Assembly: GCF_000400465.1 (NCBI RefSeq)
Contig: NW_008806278.1
Location: 60,001 to 122,000 of the forward strand
Source of the DNA: Wallemia ichthyophaga EXF-994
Lineage: Eukaryota > Fungi > Basidiomycota
DNA: 62,000 nt
Direction of reading: 5' to 3'
How positions within the stretch are numbered: position 1 is the first letter of the stretch; the number at the start of each line of letters is the position of its first letter. A program made the translations under genes and the position numbers. Shown here piece by piece: positions 1 to 12,225 of the stretch. The notes under the pieces are model-generated. The model ran no database searches and was not told the origin of the DNA. It saw only the letters and a program-made list of their open reading frames with translations.

Positions 1-981
1 AGGAGATTGAGGATTCGCTGGTGGGTTGTGTTTAAATTGATGAGTCAAGCTGACACTAGTGCAAGCCCCAAGAGCAATCTTTGCGAGCATTTGTGAAATT
101 CTGTGGGTGTAGCTAATGATAGGAGCTCAAAAACGTCTAACCACACATCAAGACAACGAGAAGTATTACAAGTAAGTATACATGACTTCTTACAATCACT
201 ATCCTCAACTCACAATCCACACAAGCACACCCGGTGGACAGACACAGCACGTCGACGTAGATGCTGCACCAGCGAAGGAGAGGCGCTCGCATTCGCAATC
301 GCAATCGCAGTCACACTCACACGAGAAAGCACACGAGGAATCGCCGTCACACCCGCACTCAGATGACGCCAAGGCAGATGATATCTACGACATGCACGAG
401 TACGACGACATCATGGAGGATATATTGGGAGGAGTTGAGGGTGACTCGTTCGATGCGCAAGGTCTCGACCATGTGCTGAAGGAGCTCAACCTGCACCATC
501 TCGAAAAAGGCTCGGATGCATGGCACAAGCTCAACACCTTCCTCGGGGTGGATCAGACTTACGAGGATGTGAGCGATAGCGAGAGGTGAGTGGAGAGTTG
601 ATTTGGTTCTTATGTGCTGCAGCTATGCTAACGTGCCTTTACAGCGTTGTGTCAGTTGGTGATCTGGGATATAGGCGTGGTGGAGAAGAACAAGACGAGA
701 ACGGTAAACACGGTGAGCGTGGAGAGCCTGGTGGAGAGGATGAAAGCGGTTCACAGAGGGGCTTGAACGACTGGGAACATATCAGCGCTCAAACCCTCTC
801 TCAACTCCCTCCGTCGCCTAATCGAGCACTCAAGTCGCCGCAGAATGAATCCTCTCACCTCAATGAACACCCCGGCGAACAGGATCTCTCACCGCCGCCA
901 GGTAGTCCGAAGCCATTGCCTTTTGCAGGCGGTGCCAATGGCATTGGGGTCGATGAGGTTGAGTTTTTGTATGGAGAGTGA
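1..981 (+). CDS. Hypothetical protein, 5'-truncated by the window; His/Ser-rich and acidic; spliced
   Basis: ORFs 182-589 and 586-981 join in frame through a GTGAGT..GCTAAC..CAG intron at 586-644. A second GTAAGT..AAG intron lies at 172-225. No family recognised. Confidence 0.6.
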
Positions 982-1171
982 AAGAAAAAGCGGGAGTGAT
1001 ATTTGAATGAGAATGAGAATGCCAGTGTGTACTTGTACAATTTCGAGTGATACTAAAGGTAACATCAAAATTTTGAGTGCCCGTCATTGTTCATGTGATT
1101 GTGTATTTGCGTAAAGGGTATATGTCAAGCTTAGTGTGTTATTTGTGTATTGTTTCCATTCTAGCCTTCTT

Positions 1172-1667
1172 CTATCCGAGATAAAACTCAATAAAAAGCA
1201 TGACGACAAAGAGAAGAAAGACAGTAGTGATCTTGGGACGTAGAAGCTCCTCGCCGGATTCTAGCTGGCGATTTACGGATACACTCCTTGTGTCTCCTAG
1301 TTGGTTCTCGCTGGGTTCCTCGCTACGTTCGACACACTCGTCGATAAGAAGATTGATATCCTTATTTGCATCAACCACCCACGCCTTATTACCATAGTCG
1401 TATGCCTTGCAACCATCATCGCACTCGATCAAGTCACTTGTGTTGTGCGCCACCAGACGCGAATTGTTAACGTAGAGCCCAGAAACTGGCACTGTGCGGT
1501 TGAAGCAGACTTGGTGTAATAGTTGCGTGCGCATTTCTCCGCAGTGCTTGATGACGTGATTTGATGATGGTTGATCGAATCGGCTTTATATGCACAATTT
1601 TAATTTCCTCAGGAACGCACAGTGTCAACAAGAAATGGATTCCCAGACGGTGTCTAGAGTGTGTCAT
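1172..1667 (-). CDS. Hypothetical small membrane protein with a C-terminal TM helix
   Basis: ORF 1172-1534 ends in a hydrophobic stretch (ITTVFLLFVVMLFIEFYLG). A likely first exon from ATG 1667 (MTHSRHRLGIHFLLTL) joins through a short GTGCGT..AAG intron. The start is uncertain. Confidence 0.45.
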
Positions 1668-1690
1668 GAGTGCATGGTATGGAATTCGAT

Positions 1691-1722
1691 AATGCAACAA
1701 TGCAACAATGCAACAATGCGAC
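1691..1722. repeat. Tandem 8-mer (AATGCAAC)x3 plus AATGCGAC
   Basis: Read directly from the sequence. Confidence 0.9.
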
Positions 1723-1793
1723 ATTGCCAGTGCAAATTTCCGCGATAACTTTAGAATTTTGCATGAGATTTGTACAGGGATAAATTACTAACA

Positions 1794-4284
1794 TTACTGC
1801 GATTCCGTTTGAGTCTGTGTATCAGATGGTGCTTTTTTGCTGTGATTGTATTAACAACGTACCAAAGCATCCAAACGACACTCACATATCGCCCTCCAAG
1901 AACTTATCCAATTCATCTTTTGTATGTTCGAAAGGACGTGGCCCAAGCAGATCAATCATGTCTTGTCTCGAAAGCACCTCCTTTATCAACAGCTTCTGTG
2001 CTACTCTCTCCACTAGTTCCTTCCTCTCACCCAAGAGGACGTGTGTACGTCTATGTGCCTCAGTGATCATATTCCTAACTTGCAAGTCAATCATTTCGCC
2101 CGTCTTCTCGCTAAACGGCTTCTGGAATCCTTCACTGCTGCCCTCGCGACCACCATAGCTAACAGGACCTATTTCAGAGTTCATACCATAATTAGCGCAC
2201 ACTTCGAAAGCCATTTTGGTGATTCTCTGCAAGTCGTCCTGCGCACCAGTAGTAATTCTACCAAAGAAGATCTCTTCCGAAACACGTCCACCTAAAGTCA
2301 TGCACATTCTGTCAATGAGTTGTTCCGTAGTGAACAAAAAGCGCTCTTTAGGGAGGTATTGAGCATAACCGAGTGCACCAACACCGCGTGGAATGATGGA
2401 TACTTTTACTAACGGGTCGGCATGTTCGAGGAACCACCCACAGATAGCGTGTCCAGCTTCGTGGTATGCTACCGTCTTTTTCTCCTCCTTGTCTAAAACT
2501 CGACTCTTGCGCTCAAGTCCAGCAATTACTCGCTCTATCGCTTGCTCAAAGTGCATCAGATTTATTGACTCAGCTCCCTTCCTGGCAGCGTATAGTGCAG
2601 CTTCGTTGCACACGTTGGCTATATCCGCACCTGAGAATCCTGGAGTGAGAAGCGCGAGTCTGTGGGCAAGGTTACTGTAGGGGTTGTCTGACGTGATCAT
2701 TTTCCTTGCATCCCTTTCACGACGCTCAGCTGGAGTGAGGTCATCTTCAACAGCCTCCGCCATCACAACAGGTCCTCCCGTTACATCGTTATTTGCTCCT
2801 GAGAAGGCCATCGACGTCTGCTGGAATAGCGCTGGATTAGGCGTTGGGAAATCTGTGGTTGGTCTGCCGACGCTCGAGCTTGGTCCGGCGTCGCTGTCTT
2901 CAGATGGAGGTCCGACCTTCTTAAGGGTGGTGTCTAGCTTGAGTGGACGGAGGTGGACGAGGAATATTTGAGAGCGGCCACCGACGTCTGGTCTGTCAAC
3001 GGTGATATTTCTGTCGAAACGACCTGGACGCATGAGGGCAGGATCAAGAACATCTGGTCTGTTTGTACCGGCCAGGACAACTACGTGCTGATCGGAGGCA
3101 AAACCGTCCATCTCAACTAGAAGCTGATTCAAGGTACTTTCACGCTCGTCATTTCCGCCACCCATACCACCAGATTTGCCTCTAGATTTACCAATGGCGT
3201 CGATTTCATCTAGGAAGATGATACACGGTATGTTCTTGCGTGCTGTTGCGAAGAGGTCACGTACACGAGAAGGACCAACACCGACAAACATCTCAACAAA
3301 CTCTGAACCTGAGACAGAGAGGAAAGGTACACCAGCTTCACCGGCAGTTGCCTTGGCGAGGAGGGTCTTACCTGTACCAGGTGGACCAGAAAGGATAGCA
3401 CCGCGTGGAATCTTAGCGCCTAATTTCTCAAACTTCTCTGGTTCTTTGAGGAACTTAACGAATTCCATGATTTCCTCTTTGGCTTCATCCATACCGGCGA
3501 CATCTTTGAATCGTGTACCAATTTCACTCTCCTGATTGAAAAGTTTAGCTCTACTTTTACCAATTCCAAAAATACCGCCGCCACCGCCACTGCCACCGCC
3601 GGCTCTTCTGCTCATCCAGTAAAGCAAACCAGCAAAAAGGAGAGTGGGAGCGAAGTGCAAGATCATGTTGAGTGGAGATGTCTCTTCGTGGTAAGCGACA
3701 GGAATCTTTTCGTTGTTTGGAACGCCAAGCTCCTTTTGAGCTTCATCGAGGTGACGTTCAAACGCATCAACGCTGCCAATGGAGAAATAGAGACCGGAGG
3801 AAGAGGAAGCGTCACCACGAAGGCTGACTCTAACTCTGTTACGGTTGACGACGGTGAGTCTGTCAACCAAACCTCTATCGAGGTAGCCAGTTCTGAAGTC
3901 CTGCCAAGTAACTTCTCTCTCGCCTGCTTCCGGAACGAGAAGCTTGTAGGTGAAGTAGGTACCAACGCCCATCATAAGGAGTTGCTGACCGTTGATACGT
4001 ATCTCGGTGTGGGGACCACCGCCACCGCCAGGAAAACCACCAGGGAAACCTGAGCCCTGGTCTTTGTCGTTGTTTTTGTCCTTTTTGCGTTTGTCGGATG
4101 ATTTCTTGGAGTCAGTTGAGTCTTCTTCGTCGTCTTGGTCGTTGCGTTTCTTCTCATCATGGCGCTTATCGTCTCTGCGGAGGATGGGGGACTGAGATAA
4201 ATATCTATTTGAGCTGTTTAAGCTTCTAGGGATGGCAGTGGGCCTGAGAGACCGCTGCCTGAGCAAATTGCTGAGTCTGTGCAT
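1794..4284 (-). CDS. AFG3: Mitochondrial m-AAA protease subunit (FtsH/AFG3/paraplegin family)
   Basis: N-terminal presequence, two TM segments, Walker A GPPGTGKT, Walker [12 protein letters not shown] and the HEAGH zinc motif. A short terminal exon ([15 protein letters not shown]) follows a GTGAGT..CAG intron. The AFG3 versus YTA12 paralog call is not resolvable by eye. Confidence 0.93.
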
Positions 4285-4476
4285 ATTTCAGCGTCGTCGT
4301 ACGGAGGAGAGAGAGGGAGCAGCAAGTGAAAATCAAAGTGGAATAAAGAATTTAAATTTAAAAAATATTTCTGCGTCGTTGATATTCTTGATGGGGAATT
4401 GCATCCACGCTGTCCCATTTCGTCCGACTCATGCCTCTCTGACCGGAACCATCAGCACATAGCAGAACCAGCACAC

Positions 4477-5222
4477 ATGGAAAACACAATAGATGACTTA
4501 CACGTACACGTGCCATTATTCGATAAGATAGTAGAATCTACGCGATTGGCTAACATGGATGGTACGTGGCCCGGGATGACCACGCTACTTACCAAAAACG
4601 GTGGGGCTGTATATCTGATTCTGCTTGGTGCTCTACTTGGTGTACAGTTGTGGCAGAGCTACATAGGGGCCGTGGTGACATACAAGACATTGCCCAAAAA
4701 CACTTTCGGTAGACTGCAAGCCAAATTAGTACCTGCATACACTATCGTTGCAAGTACACTTGCTAGTGCTTTGCTTGGTAGGTGGATCGTACACCGCGCC
4801 CACGCGCTCGATTTCGGCAGTCTGTGCGAGGTCGTTAGGGGATTGGAGTACGCGGGTGTTTACTCAGCTATCCACACCATCCACACGGATGCTTTCAACA
4901 CTATCCTCCTCGCTGCTGTCGGTTTGGCTCACTTTGTCAACTTGGCGGTACTCGCTCCGGCTACAACTGAGTGGGTTGGCGCGTAAACATCTGAGCCAGT
5001 TATCTAATTAACTACCCTCTCAGCTTCATGTTCGCCCGTCATCGATTGGAAGCAGACGAAGCAAGCCAAGAAAAGAAAACAGATGTTTCGCCTGAAATGC
5101 ACAAGCTAAACATGAAATTTAACATATTACATTCTCTCAGTAGTTTCGTGGACCTGAGTGCATTGGCTGCTACACTCTTGCACGCTCTGTTTGTGGGATA
5201 CATCGGAACAAACAATCTGTGA
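4477..5222 (+). CDS. DUF4149/TMEM205-like membrane protein
   Basis: Motif WQSYIGAVVTYKTLPKNTFGRLQAKLVPAY and C-terminal KFNILHSLSSFVDL. One intron at about 4968-5021. The start Met is uncertain. Confidence 0.8.
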
Positions 5223-5293
5223 GAGGTAAGATGAAAGATCAGTGGAAATGTAGTTTATTTTGGAGTAAATGGAGTTGTAATTATAGTAATTAA

Positions 5294-5343
5294 AGCAATT
5301 GTAGCAATTGTAGCAATTGTAGCAATAACAATAACAATAACAT
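5294..5343. repeat. Compound microsatellite (AGCAATTGT)x3 then (AACAAT)n between convergent genes
   Basis: Read directly from the sequence. Confidence 0.9.
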
Positions 5344-5361
5344 AGTGTACAAATAATTCTC

Positions 5362-8041
5362 TCACTCGTAATCTCTCGGCAGCCTCTCACCAAATGAGCC
5401 AGCAAGATTGCTTACGGGTCCACTGAGGCCACTCTGAGCTTTAAAAGATTCGAGGAAGTTCCTCATAGTCGAGTAGTCACCCTGTTGGAGTTGTTCGTCG
5501 TCAATATCTTGGTCGTCGAAATTGTCATCCAGTGTCTCGTTGTTAGGATCAACGCGTGATAAGATAGATTTGAGCTCGTGGTCCATTGCACGCAGCTGTT
5601 CATCTTCATCGAGTTCTTCAGACACACCGCTTTCTCTTGTGTTTTGACTTGTCTCAGCTTTAGGTTTCGCTCTTGCCAGTTCAGTATCCATTGCGTGCAT
5701 GACGGCTTCGAACGAGTCAAGTTTATCGTTTGGTTTGGCATTGTGAGTGGGAGTGTGAGTTTGTGGTGCATCCTGGTCGCGTACGTCTTCCATCCTGGGT
5801 TGTGGTTTTGGTGGTTGTGGATGGTGTGATGGTGACTCCTCCACATCATCATCATCATCATCCACATTTCTCTTCTCCATCCTTTCATCATCCGGCACAA
5901 AAGCACCATTTGCTCTCCTCTCAGTGAGGATCTTGTTCCACATTTTGTCATCAATCCCAAGCGCCTCTCTAGAAAAGGCGAGGAAATCAGTCTGTTCATT
6001 TTGCATATCAATATCGTCTTCAGCATGGAGATTGACAACCTGGGGAAGGTTCTCGACATCCTCCATCTCATCCTGCCCTAATTCCTTAACTCCACTCTTG
6101 AGTCTCTCCGCATCTCTAGCCTCCTCATTTCCACCGTCCTCCTCCTCCTCATCTGACCAACCGTCGTATTTCTCAGGTGCAAAATGTGGGCGACGCAGCC
6201 GGGCATCTTCCTCTACCTGTCTCTGTTCGATGGGGTCGGAGATGTATTGATGGAGTGTGTTGAGGAGGTGTGTTTGGTTTGCAGGGGAAATATCAACTGT
6301 GGCATCTTCTTCACGCTGTTTCTCCTGTTGCGATGGCTTCTGCGTCGATGCTCCCCATTCATCTTTATTCAGTGAAGGGACGAGGGTGTTTAGACGGTGT
6401 TGTTTGGTCTGGGTGTTTTCTGCAATTGAGTTTGTAGCTTTGTCTGCGTCTGCTTCTTTATCTTTATCCTTCTTTTTGTTTCCATCTTGGCTATCGCTAT
6501 CGCTCTCACCACTGCTTTCCCCCTCCTCATCGGAAAATAAGTCATCTTCACCGAATTTAGCTTGGTCCATACCACCCTCACGATCGACAAAAGCGTGAAG
6601 CTTATCGCTAAAGTGGGCTAGAGTGTCAGCGGAGGAGTGTAGGTGTGCGTCATGGTGACGCTCCGCGTGACTTCCCTGCATACGCTGAGCGAGGTAATCG
6701 TCGAAACTGTCAGCGTTGATGTTGAGCCAGCTATCGTCGTCTTCAGGGAGGATATTGGTGTTGGTGTGAGAGTGAGCGTGTCCACGGTCATCCTCCTCAC
6801 TCTCCCCAAGCAAACGCTCAACCTCGCCCGCAAAGGAGAAACGTTTGTCATACTCCCCCCCAGCCTGTCTGATAGAGTGCCACGTATGCACTGCCTGCGT
6901 GTATCTCTCCACGTACGCCGCACTACCCTCTATCTCGCCCTTGAAGAAACCTATTTGGAGGAGTGTGTTGAGGTATTTGGTGAGTTGCGGAGAAGGAGTA
7001 TCTTGAGGGTTTTGAGAGTTTTGAGAGTTTTGTGTATTTAGTGTACCTTGTGCACCCCGGACATCCCCTTTACTCTCATCATATAGAATCTCAAACCCAC
7101 AGGCCAATTTCATACCTTTATCACGCCAATCGCGTTCTTTACCCGAGTTGGGCCATCTATCGCTGTTAAATACTCTAGGGGGGTGGAAGGGCTGGCCTTG
7201 GAGTTGAGCGTAGGCGGTGCGAGTGAGGGTGAGGGAGACGGGGAGTGAGTCAGAGCCATTTGATCCATGTGCCTGCGTGGGTTTAAAACGCGACATCCTC
7301 TGAGCTGCGCGTGTACCAGCTGCGTCGCGCGAACAGAAAGCTTCTACGGCCATTTGAGTGAGGGTGGAAGCCAGTTGTCGGTGTGGAGTGTGTGTGCTGG
7401 TGAGTGCGCAAAGGTGTGCAAGTGGCGATGGAAGGAAAGCGTTGAAAGTGTGCTGATGGCTGCTTAACGCTTCAGGATAGATATGCGTGCGGGAGAAAGC
7501 GGCGTTTTCGACATGTAAAGGGGCGAGAGTGGGTGTGGAGGGGTTAGTGATAAGTTGGATAGCTGTGCTTGTGCTTAATGGAGTGTCTGGGTGTGATTCC
7601 AATCCAATCAAGTGTAGCCTCCCCTTGTACACCCATAGCCTGTTCACAGCCCTCTCTGGAGTGAGCCAGCTAGGTAGCTGTTCAGCAGCCTCAATGAGGA
7701 TGAACTGACCGTCGTCGTCGTGTGTTCTAGGTGAGAGTGAGCGGGTGTTTGAATAGCCTTGGCGATATAACCACCCACTCAATAACAAAATCATAAGTGA
7801 TGGAAAGTTGGATAAGAATCCAGAGAGTAACCCACTCATCCTCAATCGAATCGCCCACTCGGATGGAACCATTAAGGGCATTATCGGAGACGGTCAACTC
7901 GAATGGGTCCTTGTGCCACAGGTAGTTGTATTTGCAGAGTAATTGATCGACGGTGGATAGAATAACTGTGGCCACTGCGCTTAGACTAGATTCATCGAGT
8001 TGTTTATGTAATTTATAATGAATAGTTGAATTTGAGCTCAT
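5362..8041 (-). CDS. Ecdysoneless/SGT1 (Ecd) family protein
   Basis: Motifs GDSIEDEWVTLWIL, DDDGQFILIEAAEQLPSWL..NRLWVYKG and C-terminal NFLESFKAQSGLSGPVSNL. Intron 7727-7778 joins ORF 7727-8041 to ORF 5362-7881. Confidence 0.9.
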
Positions 8042-8068
8042 TTCAAGGTTTAAACAAGGACGATCAAG

Positions 8069-8845
8069 ATGAATTTGGTTAGAGGTGAGTGGATAGCAAA
8101 ATCAATAAAATTACAATTCAAATACCCTACAGACACGCTCCTGCATATCCCCCTCAAACATCTATTTCACCCAAAGACTGGCTTTGTTGAGAAGCAAGTA
8201 GTCCCCTTGCCTGGGAATATCTTCAATGTTCCGTTAAGGAGGGATATCCTGCACTCCTGCGTTAGATCCTTCTTGCTGTCCAACAGAGACGGGAGTATAG
8301 CCCACGTGAAAAATAGGCACGAAGTCGCTGGCTCACATAGAAAACAACGTCCTCAGAAAGGTACAGGTCATTCTAGAATGGGCACGAAGCAATCGCCGTT
8401 GTTGGTTGGCGGTGGCCAGGCTCATGGCCCACGTAACACCCGCAACTGGACGCGTAAATTGAATAAAAAAGTGTGGTCGATGGGCATGAAAGTAGCGCTA
8501 TCTGATAAGATTAGATCGGCGCAGCTGATGGCTATTAATCAATCTAATCTGGATATTCCATCTACAAACAAACTCTGCAAACAACTGAGCAACCTCAAAT
8601 TGTTGGATAGAACGCTATTCATCACCGACGACTCACTCATCCATCTGGCCTCTAGGAATATCCCTACCATCGACTCCCTTTCCCCTGAAGACGTCCATGT
8701 TTACGACATCCTCCGTTCTAAGAACCTCGTCGTCGACATCGACGCACTCAACCTTCTCCAATCTAAAATTTCTTTAAACGCCGGTGACAGTGTGGATGTT
8801 GAGCTCACTGACTCTCCCCGCCTTGTAGACAATGCCCATCTCTAA
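8069..8845 (+). CDS. YML6: Mitochondrial large ribosomal subunit protein uL4
   Basis: uL4 signature RHEVAGSHRKQRPQKGTGHSRMG..GGGQAHGP..KLNKK. Probable in-frame 48-nt intron at 8085-8132. Confidence 0.9.
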   Translation: MNLVRGEWIAKSIKLQFKYPTDTLLHIPLKHLFHPKTGFVEKQVVPLPGNIFNVPLRRDILHSCVRSFLLSNRDGSIAHVKNRHEVAGSHRKQRPQKGTGHSRMGTKQSPLLVGGGQAHGPRNTRNWTRKLNKKVWSMGMKVALSDKIRSAQLMAINQSNLDIPSTNKLCKQLSNLKLLDRTLFITDDSLIHLASRNIPTIDSLSPEDVHVYDILRSKNLVVDIDALNLLQSKISLNAGDSVDVELTDSPRLVDNAHL

Positions 8846-8869
8846 TCCATCTCTTTCTTCTTTACTTCC

Positions 8870-11354
8870 ATGTCCTCCATCTCCCGGCTCAAATACTCGG
8901 CCGAAATCGTCGACGCCCTGGCCACGCGCAAACCCATCGTTGCGCTCGAGTCCACTATCCTCACTCATGGCTTGCCCACTCCCCTCAACTACACTACGGC
9001 CACCCGACTAGAAGCCGTCATCCGCGAACAAGGCGCCGTACCTGCGCATATTGCTGTTATTGATGGTTGTCCACGTGTCGGTCTCTCTGATTCCCAACTG
9101 TCCCATCTCTCCCTCCACTCCGGCAACCCTCTGAAGATTTCTCGGCGCGACATTGCTCCCGCTGCCGCTCTCCACAGAACAGGCGGCACCACCGTCGCTG
9201 GCACTATCACTCTCGCCGCTCATGCCGGTATAAAGCATTTCGCTACGGGCGGTATCGGTGGTGTTCACCGCAACGCCCAGAGTACTTGGGATGTCAGTGC
9301 CGACCTCATCGAACTCAGCCGCTCACCCACTCACGTTATATGTGCCGGTGCGAAATCTATCCTCGACACTCCCCTCACTTTGGAATATCTCGAGACTCAC
9401 GGCGTCACTGTGGCCAGTGTAGGTGAAGCCGCCCAACCAAACTACAACTTCCCCGCTTTCTACTCCCCAAACAGTGGTCATCACGTGCAGTACTCCCTTT
9501 CACCCCTCCAGGCGGCGCAGGTGGGTATTGCGTCGCAGGGTTTGCAAAGCGGTGCTCTCTTCTGCGCTCCCATACCCCCGCAGTACGCTGAACAGGGCAG
9601 TCGTATACAGATTGCTGTCGAGAGAGCCGTACAAGAAAGCCAGCATGCGAATAACAACATACTCGGAAAGGATATCACTCCCTGGCTCCTCAATCGCATC
9701 GCTCAACTCACTGACAACAACTCCATACACAGCAATATCGCCCTCGTCGAAAACAACGCTCGAATCGGAGCACAAATTGCCGTTCATTATCATAGATTGT
9801 TGGAGGACAAGGAGAAAGACGACAGAGTGGGCGAGAAGATGTATCCAGTGGGTGGTTCTAGTGGTTTGGGTGCTTTGAGTGGTTTGAGTGATGCTCCATC
9901 AACACCTCAGACACAGGCAAATGTAAGGGCAAGGGCTATAGCTGAAACTGAAGCTGCAATGATAGCTAAATCGGGAGTTAAAGTGGGCGCCAAAGTTAAC
10001 GCAAATGCACAAAAAGATATACCACACACTCACACTCCCTCTCACACCTCCGCCCCTGCCGACATAGTGATCATCGGCGCTGCAGCTATAGACGTGACAG
10101 CGCAATACGATAGTAAAAGTGAGCCACACAGCACATCGCCCGGGAGAGTGACAGTGAGCGCTGGGGGTGTAGGGCGTAACATCGCCGAAGCGGCTGGACG
10201 GGTGCTGCGAGGGGCAGCTGGTGGGAAGTCAGCCATTCTCATTGCGCCGGTGGGAGGTAGCAACACCAACACCAGCACTGCTGACCTCCTCGCCAACTCC
10301 CTCCGCTCATCCGCTGCCGCCCTCCATATGCGCACCGATGGCTTCGTCGACCCACCTCACAACACCCTCACTCCCGTCGTCAACCTCCTCTTAGACAATG
10401 AGGGTGAGTTGCGCGAGGGTGTGGCTTCTTTTGATGCTCTTGATCAGATGCCTTTTAGCGAAGTGAGTGTTTGATTTGATTTGATTGTAGGCTTACTCAC
10501 ACTTACACTCCCACCAGGTCGAAAAAGTACTCGAAAAACACTCCCCACACATCATTGCACTCGATGGAAACGTCAGCGCGGGTGTCGTGCGCCATGTGCT
10601 CAGTTATGCACGTGCACGCGCCATCCCCACCCTCTACGAGCCCACTAGTGTAGCGAAAAGTGTGCGTGTGTTGGAAGCTTGGGAGATGTGGGAGGAAGCA
10701 GACTCACAATTACAATCACAACCACACTCCCAACCCCTCCTCACACATGTCACACCCAACACTCACGAACTGCGCGCAATGACGCAGAGCACCTCTTTCG
10801 CGCGTGTTAGAGAGAGTAGTGCGTACTGGGAGGCTCTCAATGCTCTCCGCCTCTACCAGCCTTTCCGAGACGCTTTGGAGAGGTGCCTCCCGCGCCCCTT
10901 TACTCAAGATGGTATCGCACAGATGGCCGTCATGCTCCTGCCCCTCACCAAACATGTTGTTGTCAAATGTGGCGCAAAGGGTGTGCTACTTGTGTCGCAT
11001 GTGCGCGAAGATGAGTTGGGCGAGGTAGGTATCGACGGTGCGCTCCTGTCAACCTCCAAGAAAGATGCTCGAGTGGTACATCGCGTGGATACTACTAGCA
11101 ATGCTGACTCCAACACTCACGCTGACGCTCAATACGTCCTCGTCCAACACCTCCCTCCCCACACACCCGATCGTCTCGTTAATACTACCGGCGCTGGCGA
11201 TTCTTTCGTTGGAGCTCTCCTCGCCGCTCTCGCTCATCACCAGCCCCTCACCAAAGCCATCCATCTCGCTCAGGATGCTGCTTCTCTCACACTCGGTTCG
11301 AAAGATAGCGTTAGTGCTAGATTGCACTACTTGGGCGATGATTTGCATTTGTAA
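8870..11354 (+). CDS. Fused pseudouridine-5'-phosphate glycosidase (PsuG/IndA) and PfkB-family pseudouridine kinase (PsuK)
   Basis: PsuG motifs VALESTILTHG, GGIGGVHR and GKDITPWLL. PfkB motifs GGVGRNIAEA and NTTGAGDSFVG. Intron 10463-10517 joins the halves in frame. Confidence 0.92.
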
Positions 11355-11539
11355 TTTTAGTTTGGCCTTAGTTTTAGATGTGCTTTTAGAATATACTCCA
11401 CTCTCACTCCCTCTGTGTGCGTCAAGTTGTAAACCTTCTCAGCTTACACCAACACACAAAAAAGCACACTTCGAAAATAAACGAATAAAGTATTATCAAG
11501 AAAAAGAAAAGTCAGCATCACCGAAAGCAAAAATAAATG

Positions 11540-11611
11540 CTCCCTGTCTGGGAGTTGAACCCAGCTCTCCCGCGTGACAAGCGGGCGTACTAACCGATAT
11601 ACTAACAAGGA
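11540..11611 (-). tRNA. tRNA-Asp(GTC), intronless, 72 nt
   Basis: The reverse complement TCCTTGTTAGTATATCGGTTAGTACGCCCGCTTGTCACGCGGGAGAGCTGGGTTCAACTCCCAGACAGGGAG folds as a cloverleaf with a GTC anticodon and GTTCAA T-loop. A T5 tract follows downstream. Confidence 0.97.
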
Positions 11612-12225
11612 TTGTTGATACAGCTTTCACCCTTAAAAATATATACCGAGTAACATTTGCCTGACACTCAAAGAGTCCCCAATTGTTTTTGTGACCACTG
11701 GCTAGTTTTCGTTTTACTGCACCTCTTCACTCTTTAAAGCAAGCCATCACCTCAATGTTCGCTGCGAAGGCATTACTACCGCAGTGACACCGCTCTAAAT
11801 AGCAAAAAGTGAAAATTAGAGATCTAACGCACATATTCGCCTATATAATTACTAGGGAGTGTACATTTTGCATGCAAGTTAGTTTTCAATGGGCGTACAA
11901 GTGATATCGAGAAACTTGAGACACTCGAGATACTTAGTCAAGCGAACAGCACAATGAAATAAAAAATTACAGACAGCTACACACACAAACACCATATTCT
12001 GAACACCCCACCCCATCGAGCCATACCACCCTTATCGAAAAACACACCTCCATCACCAATCAAGCAGCGAAGAAGAGGTGCACCACAGCTACACAACAAA
12101 ACACTCGCAATACACTCCAGCAATCCCCAAGCACCGCACACAAATTTTAGGAAGTATCATCACTGTCACTGTCTTCGTCTTCACTCACTCACACCACCCA
12201 AGTAAACTATAGTAACGTTTCGAAA

